Assembly (NCBI GenBank): GCA_025603075.1
Contig: MU626359.1
Coordinates: 13,842-77,841 of the forward strand
Length of the DNA stretch: 64,000 bases
Direction of reading: 5' to 3'
Source of the DNA: Neoconidiobolus thromboides FSU 785
Taxonomy: Eukaryota > Fungi > Entomophthoromycota
Below are positions 13,234 through 22,955 of this stretch, piece by piece (the stretch's first letter is position 1; each line of letters starts with the position of its first letter). The notes beneath the pieces are model-generated. The model was given only the letters and a program-made list of their open reading frames with translations. It was not told the DNA's origin and made no database searches. A program made the translations under genes and the position numbers.

Positions 13234-15411
13234 CTAAAATAATTTTGATGCTTTGATCCAGTGATAACCTAAGTTATATGGCAATTGAGGCAGTATCTCA
13301 TTTGTATATACACGATCAGTAGGAACATAGTTTAAATACTCCATTGGCATAGTAGAGTTATAAATAGTTAAAGACTTTGGATTGTTACTTTTGACTAAAT
13401 ATTGTTCTCTTAAAGTAAAAGTAAATTGAGTTGCTAAAGGAAAAATCTCAGGGATAATTGATTTATAATTTGTATTAAATTTCAAACGTAAATTTTCAAT
13501 ATCTTCAATTAGTTTATCATAAATATATAATTGACCACCTTCCATATTATGAGGAGATACTTGATTTGTATTCATATTATGACCATCTGTATAAATAATC
13601 TTTATTTTTGGGTTATTAAATTGAATGAAACCATTTAATAACGTAGAACATGAAGATAAACAAATACCGTTAGTTAATATCATTAAATTTTCTAATTGAA
13701 ATGGGAACTTTTGATTATTTAACTCACTTTTAGGGCACTTATCCATAAAATAATTGGAAAGTACTTGATAATTGCTGTTACTATTTGCTATTAATTGATT
13801 AACATTTAAACTTTTATCTTTATTATTGTTGACATATTCCATTAAATTGACATTAATATTTTTACTTCTTTCTGTTAAATATCCTGGCGTTAACCAAGAG
13901 TTATTATTATATTGTTTGTTATTTATATCTATCCAATTGTTTGAACCCCAAACTCGGTGGTTTTGTTTGTTTTGTACTGAAGCTGATTCTGCTAATAAAT
14001 TGGCCAATAACGTATTTTTCATTCTTGTAGTGTATTGTACATGATGATTGGAATTTGATTTATTTATAGCATTATGATTTAACTCATTGCTGCTATCTTC
14101 ATTATCACTTTCTTGGTTGTTAATGTAATCTAATAAAGACAACGATGTACAAATAGGACCACCAGTATTATAAGATACATCAATGATTAATTTGGTACAC
14201 TTTAAATTTGCCAGTTTAACAAAAGATTTATGAATCATGGACTGAAACTCATTTAGCTGATCAACTGAGTTTACTTCGTTAGTTGGTAATAGTAACACGG
14301 CTATATTGTCTTGTTTTAATATTAAAGTCGTATAGTAAATATTTGAATCGACAATTATATAATTTAAAGGTGGATTCTCCCTTAAATAACCTTTAATACT
14401 CATTGAGTTTACATTTAATTCATTATTATATAGCATATTTGAGTTTAGTTCATTATTAATAATACTATTATAATTCAATTCTACTTCATTAGAATCATTA
14501 TTGCTATTATCCGACTGAGAAGATATTAAATTGGAACTAAAACAATATTTGTCAAAATAATCATGAGCTGAATCAAAACTTAAATTTCCTTCACCGACAT
14601 AGGGTAAAGTAATCGAATCTTTAGAATTATTGTATGTAATTTTTAATTGATTATATAAAGGCATTTCCGCAGGTGCTGAAAATTCACCGTAATTTAATTT
14701 CAATTCTTTGTTAGAAATAGTAGAATGGCTCATTAAATAGTTGAATCTAGTACTCGAATCTTTAATAACCCCATTTCTTTGTACCATAGTCAATAAAAAC
14801 GATAAGACAGATTGATCATTAATTTTATCAATTTGAATAGAGTTTAAAGTGGCAGGATCAATATTTCTTTGTTTGAACCAGGAGGTCTTAAATTTGGGAT
14901 TAACCTGAGCTATTATTTTGATCGTATTATTAGTATAAATGGGATGCAACATTAATGGGAAATAAAAATTGAAATGGCTAAAACAATGAACTTTAAATGT
15001 TAAATGGCCATCCTTAGGTAATAAAAATAGACTAGTTAAATTATTATAAAATTCAAATTCACTACCAAAATGTTTTGCTTCAAGCTGATTGATCTCATTT
15101 TCAAAGCTAAATTTCATACCAGTTTTAGCTTGATGACTGTCTTGACTCACTAAATCATTGAACACATACAACGGTAATACTTTTTTAATGTTCTCTAAAT
15201 ATTTTTGTTTTCGTACTTGATTCATTTCAAACATATTATAACAATTAATTACATCGTCTACAGAAATATTACTAAATACTTCCTTCATACTTAAGCTTTT
15301 ACAATAATCCGGTCCACCTTTTACTTTAATTTGTTTTAACTCACTGGTAGAAATTTGATATGGATTTACATTGAACAAAACACCAAACAACAATGGTAAA
15401 ACGAACTTCAT
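13234..15411 (-). CDS. Secreted peptidase family S41-like (fungal, CPAF-like)
   Basis: 725-aa ORF with signal peptide; IIDVSYNTGG and ILTNGICLSSCS motifs match S41-type cores; Asn-rich insertions. Confidence 0.75.
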   Translation of the reverse strand: MKFVLPLLFGVLFNVNPYQISTSELKQIKVKGGPDYCKSLSMKEVFSNISVDDVINCYNMFEMNQVRKQKYLENIKKVLPLYVFNDLVSQDSHQAKTGMKFSFENEINQLEAKHFGSEFEFYNNLTSLFLLPKDGHLTFKVHCFSHFNFYFPLMLHPIYTNNTIKIIAQVNPKFKTSWFKQRNIDPATLNSIQIDKINDQSVLSFLLTMVQRNGVIKDSSTRFNYLMSHSTISNKELKLNYGEFSAPAEMPLYNQLKITYNNSKDSITLPYVGEGNLSFDSAHDYFDKYCFSSNLISSQSDNSNNDSNEVELNYNSIINNELNSNMLYNNELNVNSMSIKGYLRENPPLNYIIVDSNIYYTTLILKQDNIAVLLLPTNEVNSVDQLNEFQSMIHKSFVKLANLKCTKLIIDVSYNTGGPICTSLSLLDYINNQESDNEDSSNELNHNAINKSNSNHHVQYTTRMKNTLLANLLAESASVQNKQNHRVWGSNNWIDINNKQYNNNSWLTPGYLTERSKNINVNLMEYVNNNKDKSLNVNQLIANSNSNYQVLSNYFMDKCPKSELNNQKFPFQLENLMILTNGICLSSCSTLLNGFIQFNNPKIKIIYTDGHNMNTNQVSPHNMEGGQLYIYDKLIEDIENLRLKFNTNYKSIIPEIFPLATQFTFTLREQYLVKSNNPKSLTIYNSTMPMEYLNYVPTDRVYTNEILPQLPYNLGYHWIKASKLF

Positions 15412-15733
15412 GCTTTTTACAATAGTAATAAAGATAACAAAACAATTTTTTACACTGAAAATAAACTATTACTTTCATTTATACTTTTCAATTTAAATAT
15501 CAAGTATTTCAATATAGTCAAAAGTAATATTCTACATGTCAACATTAATATTCTTTTAATGAAAATCTTTTCATTGTAAACTTAATTTTATTTTTAGCTT
15601 TTCGATACTCAAAAATAATGATTAAACGATCTCCCCTATCAACTAAAGATAATTAAATCATTTTTAAACTAATATATTTTTGTATTTTTAACATGTAAAT
15701 TTATAATAAAAATAATCTCTAAAAAAGAAGCCT

Positions 15734-15805
15734 GGCTAGCTGGCGCAATGGTAGCGCGTTGGACTCCAGATCTAGAGGTTAGAGGTTCGACTCCTCTGCT
15801 GGTCA
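15734..15805 (+). tRNA. tRNA-Trp (CCA), identical to the 4274 copy
   Basis: Same 72-nt sequence, T-run terminator. Confidence 0.97.
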
Positions 15806-15924
15806 ACTTTTTTGAAGTAAATATATATGTTCTTTTTCTTTTTTATTAAATTTAAATGAGTAAGCAAATTAGAAATCGATGCTTATCTTCCATTATTTCA
15901 AGGTATTAAACCGAAAAAAACAGT

Positions 15925-16023
15925 ATTTGAGAATGTATCTTTTTATTTAAGGATTTTATTAACAGTTTTTCCACTCAAATAGCGATTAGAAATAGAAGAA
16001 GTGATGAAACTAAAGACATCCCT
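15925..16023 (+). mobile_element. MITE-like element (diverged)
   Basis: gagaatgtatctttttatttaagg...ttccactcaaatagcg...gaaactaaagacatccc. Confidence 0.8.
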
Positions 16024-16060
16024 GTTCAATTATTTTAGATGTTGATTATTAATTAATTAT

Positions 16061-16165
16061 TATAAGGAGTGTTTTTTGGCTTCATTGCTTTTTCCACCTT
16101 TTAAACACTATTTGAGTAGAAAAATTGTTAGTAAAATCCTTAAATGTAGAGAAACATCCCCATAT
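16061..16165 (-). mobile_element. MITE-like element
   Basis: Reverse copy ending aaacatccccatat, ~36 bp from its partner. Confidence 0.85.
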
Positions 16166-17036
16166 ACTGTAAACATTCATATCAAACTATGAAAATTGAC
16201 TCCAGATTGATAGTTTAGATATTTGACTCTTACATTAGTCATATTTTATCATTTTCTGATACTTTTTATATTTAGTTTATTTCGGTTAATAAAAAATTTA
16301 GGACATTACTCTTTGTTAATATTTAGACAATGATATTTCAGCTCTGTATTGAAAAAATGAATAAAAGAATTTGATAAGAAAGACTTCACTATACTTATTA
16401 ATTGATTGATTAGTTTGAGATCTATCTTTATTTTTTTATTTTATACAATTATTTTTTGCTTTTTCAGCTTGAAAATGATTAAAACCATATATATTAAAAT
16501 ACATAAAATAGCCGTTTTTAAAATTTTAAAAACACATATGATTAGACACATTCAACATTAGAGGCTGTATATGTTTAATATAGAAAACTTTCAAACTTCT
16601 ATTTTCTATTAGAAATTAAAAGTTAAAGCTTAAAAATTTTAAAAATGAAACAAAGACACTCTTGAGACGTAATAATAATTTTAGAATATCATTGCACAAG
16701 ATAGTAAAACAGTATGAAAATGATTCAATAGATTTAAATTGTTGAAATGAACAACCTTGATATCATTCAATTTTTATAATATAATGATTTTATTTCTTAC
16801 TTTTTTAATAATTTATTAATCAGAATAATTAAAAAATATAGTTTTTATTATGGAAAATTATTATTAAAATAGACTGTTGTTACTTCCCAAAAATGATTTT
16901 AAAATTCTTTGTCTCCTTTAGATAGCAAGTGCCAATTCAAATAAAGCTTGATAAATCAAACTTCAGAATCCCATAATTTAACCTTAACTAAAAATTAACC
17001 TATAGTCGAACCCCATATGATAAAATATGTTCTAGA

Positions 17037-17081
17037 ATCGGTTGTCCAATAGAATACGAAAATTCGATCGGTAAACCAATA
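17037..17081 (+). promoter_or_regulatory. Paired CCAAT boxes upstream of PAB1
   Basis: ATCGGT-NNN-CCAATA twice; CCAAT at 17046 and 17076, exactly 30 bp apart. Confidence 0.55.
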
Positions 17082-17168
17082 ATGCTTAGAATCAAGCTGC
17101 CTGATTCCTAAGTTAACTATAAGTATCCCCGCAGGACTTCCTAAAGTTTTTACTTTTCAACTTTTTTT

Positions 17169-17243
17169 AAAGCAAACAAAAAAAACTGAAAAAAAACCCA
17201 AAAAATAAAAAAGAATTTAAACTCTAAAAAAAAATAAAAAATT
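17169..17243 (+). promoter_or_regulatory. A-rich leader immediately before the PAB1 start (candidate autoregulatory tract)
   Basis: 54 of 75 nt are A, directly upstream of the ATG. Confidence 0.6.
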
Positions 17244-19049
17244 ATGTCTACCTCAGTACAGCCAACCAGCACCCCTGTTGCTTCCCAAAATGCCTCCGAT
17301 GCTACTGCTGCCCCAGCTAGCCAAACTACCACTGGTACCGCTCAACCAACTGGTTCCCTTTATGTCGGCGACCTTTCGGAGTACGTTGCCGAGTCCCACC
17401 TTTTCGACTATTTCAACATGATCGGTCCTGTTGCTAGCATCCGTGTTTGCCGTGATGCTAATACCCGTCGTTCTCTTGGTTACGCTTATGTTAACTACCA
17501 TAACGTTTCCGATGCTGAACGCGCCATTGAAGCCTTGAACTATACTCCAATTCAAGGTAAGATCTGTCGCATTATGTGGTCCCAACGTGACCCATCTCTC
17601 CGTAAGATTGGTACCGGTAATGTTTTCATCAAGAACCTTGACCCTTCCATTGACAACAAGGCTCTTCATGATACCTTTACCGCCTTCGGTAAAATTCTTT
17701 CTTGTAAAGTTGTAACCGAAAACGGAAAGTCTAAAGGTTATGGTTTTGTCCATTTCGATAAATACGATGATGCTGAAGCTGCCATTCAAAATGTAAATGG
17801 TATGTTACTTAATGATCTTATTGTTTATGTTGGTCACCACCAAAGCTCTAAAGAGCGTGCTTCAAAAGCTGATGAAGCCAAGAAAATTTTTACCAATGTC
17901 TATGTAAAGAACATTGATCCATCTGTTACTGACGATCAATTAAACGAGTTATTTAGTCAACAAGGTCCAGTTACTTCAGCTCTTGTAAGTCGTACTGAAG
18001 ATGGTAAGTCTAAAGAATTTGGTTTTGTCAACTTTGAGAATCACGAGGATGCTATGAAGGCTATTGAGAACCTCCATGAACACGAACTTGCTGGAAAGAA
18101 GATTTTTGTTTGTCGTGCCCAAAAGAAAAATGAACGTGAACAAGAACTTCGTAAACAATTCGAACAGTTCAAGGAGGATAAGGCTGCTAAATCCCAAGGT
18201 GTTAACCTTTATGTTAAGAATCTTGATGACAACATTGACGATGAAAAACTTAGAGAAGCTTTTACTCCTTATGGTACTATTACCAGCTGCAAAGTCATGA
18301 GCGATGACAAGAAAGTTTCTAAAGGTTTTGGATTTGTTGCTTTCTCCACTACTGAAGAAGCCAGCAAAGCTCTTGCTGAAATGAACAATCGTATGCTTGG
18401 TAATAAACCACTTTATGTTGGTTATGCCCAACGTAAAGATGAGCGTAGAGCTATCTTAGAAGCTCAACGTAGTACTCGTATCCCATCTGGAATTCCAGCT
18501 CCTATGTACCCTAACACTGCTATCTTTTACCCACCAAATCCAGCTTACCCACCTCAAGGACAACGTGGTATGGTCTATGGCCAACCCGGTATGATGGCTC
18601 CACGTAACCGTTGGAATGGACAACAACAAATCCAAGGTCAATACGTACCTAATGGTGTTGGCGCTGCTCCTCATGCCTATGCTCAAGGTCGTGCTCCACG
18701 TCAACCACGTCAAAATCCTCCTCGTACTAACACCACTAACCGTCAGCCATTCCCTAACAATGCTATCCAAAGCCCTACCCAAGCTCAAGCTCCAGTTGAA
18801 GATGGTCAAGCTGCTGCTTCTGGTTTAACTGCTGCTGCCCTTGCTTCTGCTTCCCCTGAAGAACAAAAGCAAATGATCGGTGAACAACTTTTCCCCTTAA
18901 TTTTTGCCCATAATGAAGAACATGCTGGTAAGATCACTGGTATGCTTTTAGAAATGGATAATGATGAACTTCTTCATCTTATCGATAGCCCAGAAGCTTT
19001 AGAACAAAAAGTCTCAGAAGCTTTATCCGTTCTTGAGCAACATGCTTAA
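17244..19049 (+). CDS. PAB1: Cytoplasmic poly(A)-binding protein
   Basis: Four RRMs (SLYVGDL, RSLGYAYVNY, SKGYGFVHF, SKGFGFVAF), Pro/Gln linker and C-terminal MLLE domain (KITGMLLEMD); intronless. Confidence 0.99.
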   Translation: MSTSVQPTSTPVASQNASDATAAPASQTTTGTAQPTGSLYVGDLSEYVAESHLFDYFNMIGPVASIRVCRDANTRRSLGYAYVNYHNVSDAERAIEALNYTPIQGKICRIMWSQRDPSLRKIGTGNVFIKNLDPSIDNKALHDTFTAFGKILSCKVVTENGKSKGYGFVHFDKYDDAEAAIQNVNGMLLNDLIVYVGHHQSSKERASKADEAKKIFTNVYVKNIDPSVTDDQLNELFSQQGPVTSALVSRTEDGKSKEFGFVNFENHEDAMKAIENLHEHELAGKKIFVCRAQKKNEREQELRKQFEQFKEDKAAKSQGVNLYVKNLDDNIDDEKLREAFTPYGTITSCKVMSDDKKVSKGFGFVAFSTTEEASKALAEMNNRMLGNKPLYVGYAQRKDERRAILEAQRSTRIPSGIPAPMYPNTAIFYPPNPAYPPQGQRGMVYGQPGMMAPRNRWNGQQQIQGQYVPNGVGAAPHAYAQGRAPRQPRQNPPRTNTTNRQPFPNNAIQSPTQAQAPVEDGQAAASGLTAAALASASPEEQKQMIGEQLFPLIFAHNEEHAGKITGMLLEMDNDELLHLIDSPEALEQKVSEALSVLEQHA

Positions 19050-19326
19050 TTTTCTTAAATCCCCATTTTTTAACTTTATTATAACTTTTTCATGTCCTAC
19101 CTTTTTTGAGAATTTTTCTTTAATAGAGCCCCAAGTAAACTAAAAAATCTCATTTTTATAATCATTTTATTGTTTTTATTAAATTATTTTGATATGCTTT
19201 TAACCAATTTATTTTCAAAATTTATTTTTATTATTCATGTTAAAGTTTAATATTTAAAATAGAATATTTCAATTTTACAGTTATTATAGAAATGTCTAAT
19301 ATCAAAACAATCAATTATTTTTCAAT

Positions 19327-19453
19327 ATATGGGAGTGTTTTTTTTGACTTCATTATTTTTTCCATTTTTAAGCGCTATTTAAGCGGAAAATTTTTTAGTA
19401 TAATTTTATAAAAAACAAATGGGGATGTATTTTTGTGTTTAAGAGTTTAACAG
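19327..19453 (-). mobile_element. MITE-like element with its terminal ~35 bp flipped
   Basis: Reverse copy lacks its normal end and continues into atggggatgtatttttgtgtttaagag. Confidence 0.8.
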
Positions 19454-19710
19454 ATGAGTCTCTGTTTGAAAAGTGAATTAGAATAAAAAAGCGAATTTAT
19501 TGAACTAAAGTTGAGAAAAGTAAAATAAAATAAATACTACAAAATAAAGCACTGTTTAAATATAGCCAAAATACAAATAAAATTACAATACATAAAAGTA
19601 ACTCCTTTGATCAAATACGTTCACATTTTTATTTCAGTTTTTTTATATATTTAAAAATAGGCTAATAAAAAAGAATAAAAATTCAATGTTTTTTAAGTGG
19701 AAGGATTGAT

Positions 19711-20985
19711 TTAAATTACAGAACAATTAGAAGAATCAAGATGACGTGAGAGAGCATCTCGACGTTGGAAAGATCTACCACATTGAGGGCAATCATAATG
19801 GGTGACATCTTTGTTATGGACTTTAGTAATATGTCGAGCTAAATCATGTTTTCGATCAAATCTTTTACTACAAATTTCACAACACCAAGCTTTAATACGG
19901 TGAGGATCATGAGTAATCATATGGGTTTTTAAATTATATTGTCTTGCAAAGACCAATTTACACCCTGGGTATTGGCATGGGAATTTTTTAACTTCTTTTG
20001 TCTTTTCTTTACCTTCTACTCTTCTTCTCTCTACTGACTTTTGGGTTGTATCAACCTTAGGTGCTAACCATTGAAGCTCAGAAGCTTTTTTTGTGGTTTC
20101 GTTTAATTCTTCCGAAGTACTAAATAAAGATGTAGGTTCTAAAAATAATGAATTACCAAAGTTGCTCATAATGTCGTTAATTAATGGCTCCTCATTGCCA
20201 TCGACAGTTTCTTTTTCCATCTTGTTTATTTCAGATACGGTTTTTCTAAGCTTATTTAATCCAAGGGAAGAATCAAAGATTTTAGGAGAAGGTTGAATTA
20301 ATTCACTTTGTTGATGGTCGTTGTTAAACAAAGGTTCATAATTTAGATTATTATATTGTAAAGGCTGATTAATCAATGGAGATGGTTGAGCTGTACCGAT
20401 ATAAGGAGAGAGTAATAAACTGTTAAGATTTGAAAAGTTATCAATTAGAGGAGTGTATGGAAGATTAGGATTATTAAAGATATTTCCAGAATCTATTACT
20501 GGTGTAAAAAAGGACTGAAAATTGGAGTAACCATGTGAAATGAATGGGGAGTAGCTGGTATTATCTACAGGTGTATTTAAAGGTTGTGAAAGATGTGGTG
20601 AAAAAAGAGGTGGAACTTGGACATGGTTAAACTCAACGGAAGGTGAAATTAGAGGTTCTATAAGTGGAAGTTGGCTATTGAACCCAACAGAAGGTTGGTT
20701 TAAACTTCCAGGTCCTTTAGAAAATGAGTCCAATCCAGAGCTTCCTTTGGACATTTCGTCCATTAAATAATCAGCAAACAAGCTTGGTCCATTATTAAAA
20801 AGAGGTTGTTCATCAAAAAGACCGGCACCCAAATCATTGATGTTGTATTGATCTTTAAGTAGAGGTGTTTCAAAATCATGCATCATAGGAGTACCATTTA
20901 GATCATTAAGTAAAGGGGTGCCATCAAAATCATACATTAAAGGGGTACCATCTTGAATGAGGGGAGTAGTGTCGTATGGGTTCAT
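19711..20985 (-). CDS. Three-finger C2H2 transcription factor, Crz1/CrzA-like DNA-binding domain
   Basis: Fingers FARQYNLKTH, FDRKHDLARH and FQRRDALSRH parallel Crz1 helices; S/T-P-rich N-terminus; likely start MNPYD at 20985 because the upstream in-frame ATG lies in a predicted intron. Confidence 0.85.
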   Translation of the reverse strand: MNPYDTTPLIQDGTPLMYDFDGTPLLNDLNGTPMMHDFETPLLKDQYNINDLGAGLFDEQPLFNNGPSLFADYLMDEMSKGSSGLDSFSKGPGSLNQPSVGFNSQLPLIEPLISPSVEFNHVQVPPLFSPHLSQPLNTPVDNTSYSPFISHGYSNFQSFFTPVIDSGNIFNNPNLPYTPLIDNFSNLNSLLLSPYIGTAQPSPLINQPLQYNNLNYEPLFNNDHQQSELIQPSPKIFDSSLGLNKLRKTVSEINKMEKETVDGNEEPLINDIMSNFGNSLFLEPTSLFSTSEELNETTKKASELQWLAPKVDTTQKSVERRRVEGKEKTKEVKKFPCQYPGCKLVFARQYNLKTHMITHDPHRIKAWCCEICSKRFDRKHDLARHITKVHNKDVTHYDCPQCGRSFQRRDALSRHLDSSNCSVI

Positions 20986-20999
20986 AATTTTGTAATTTT

Positions 21000-21284
21000 C
21001 TTTATTAGCGTTAGTATACATTAAGATGAGAAGATAGAAGAAGACTAAGTTGGTTTAAGTTTTCCTAAAACTTTTTTTATAAAAGCGAAATGGTATAAAA
21101 TATGATAATTTTCGATAATGCATCTATCCTCACAATGGTGAGAGGAACGAAAGCAAAAGGTTGTAATTTATATCTTTCAAACTATCAAACTAAAAGGGTG
21201 ATCCCAACTGTTAAATCAAAGGTTTAATGAGTTGAAATGAGTAATAATAAAAAAGATAGGTTTATGTATGAATTTAGTACTTAC
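21000..21284 (-). other. Predicted 285-nt 5'-UTR intron of the C2H2 gene
   Basis: Minus strand G|GTAAGT donor at 21284, TACTAAC branch point and AAAG acceptor at 21000, 14 nt before the ATG. Confidence 0.6.
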
Positions 21285-22440
21285 CGCAGCAGATCAACTA
21301 GATGTAATAGTAATAACTGCGCAGATAATAGGTGTATAAAATAAGAAAAAAATAAGTTGAGATTCACTTTTCTTAATCCTTGGAGCTTTTTAATTAGTGC
21401 AATAACTTAGAAGAACTCATAATCTAATTATGATTCGTGCATTTTATTTTTAGATTACAAATTAAAATTCAACAATAATTCATGGTAAAATTTCTAAATT
21501 TGGTTAAAAGCATTAATGGGCTATGGTTGATTGAGTTATTGTGATGAATTAGTCTGTGGATTCATTCTAAATTTGCTTCAGATTTGATTTAAACGCAGAA
21601 GTGGGCATTTTTAATTTTCTATTTCTGGGGTTAATAATTATGATTTTTTCTATTCTTGTATTAGCAAATACAAAAATAAAATTCTCAGTTTTACCTTTAA
21701 GTCGAATCAATAATACTTTCATCAAATTATTAAAATTTCATACTTTGGAAGTATGATATTAAATAAACTTATTATCTTAGTAAGCAATAGTATTATCAAT
21801 GGATATAAAATATAACAATGAAGCATTGTTTAATACAATCGACGCTTAAAAATCTCAACATTCTTAGAGATAGCACTAGGTTATATTGGAATTAAAAGTA
21901 GCTAATTATTTAAAGCAATAATATAAAATATATAGAAAAAATAGAATTACATGATTGTAAATTGTAAGGCACGATTTTATTAAATATTGGTATTCTTGGT
22001 TGAGAAAAATACCAACAAGATAAAGGCTTGTGATTATGAAAGGCTTTGGGTTATATACTAATGATGTTAAATGATACACTAATGTAATCATAATGGTATA
22101 TCAAAAGCTTTAACATAATATATTTATTTTAATAATGTGAAAGTAAAAATGAATTAATAGTCTAAGATATTATTACTATGTTTAATCTATAAAATCTAGA
22201 GTATTTGGCAGGTTTTAGACTAATGGAGATTTATGTATTTATTATGAGTCATCTTTTGAAGAAACTCATTAATTTAGTTATATTTTATAAATCAGCCTTA
22301 AAAATGAAAAAGTATTTTAGTATTCATTTTATTTAATATACATGAAATTTTAATATGATAGTGTAATAAGCTATTGAAATAAGATATCAATATTAAGAAT
22401 TGATTTAATTGAGACAAAGTTATTACATAATGTAAGTAGT

Positions 22441-22547
22441 ATATGGGGATGTTTTTTTTGATTTCGTTACTTTTTCCATCTTTCAAGTGCTGTCTAAAGG
22501 GAAAGATTGTTGGTAAAATTCTTGAACACAAAAATACATCCCCATAT
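22441..22547 (-). mobile_element. MITE-like element
   Basis: ATAT-GGGGATGTTTT...TACATCCCC-ATAT. Confidence 0.9.
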
Positions 22548-22955
22548 ATAGTTGTTATATAATGCCTACAAAAACTGTCCTAAAAATTAAAACTCGAATT
22601 TGGATGTTCATTTCTTAATAATTAGCAATTGAAAGTATTTATTTTTTAGAACAATTTTTATAGGCACTGTAGTATTGCTAAGTTTATACTCAATTAAACG
22701 TATTTTTAATATTTGATTATATAAAATAAGATATTGTTATTAATGTTCTATACCTTTTTATTTATTTATTTATTGTATATTGTTCTTTGGATGATAAGAT
22801 TAATTTTTACTCTGGTATAATATAGCTTAATCATTTTAATTGAAATAGTAATGAAGGGGAGTTTTTTAAATGATGATATTTATTTATAACAATTTCAATA
22901 ATAAAGTAAAAAATTAGAAGACTAAGTAATTAAATATTAAAAGAAAATCACTTTC

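Noticed and set aside
17253-18828. Long antisense and alternate-frame ORFs inside PAB1
   Set aside because: Shadow ORFs expected from the strong codon bias of a highly expressed gene; no recognisable protein features.
21277-21300. ACTTACC resembling the U1 snRNA 5' end
   Set aside because: No U1 stem-loops or Sm site follow; better explained as the minus-strand splice donor of the C2H2 gene.
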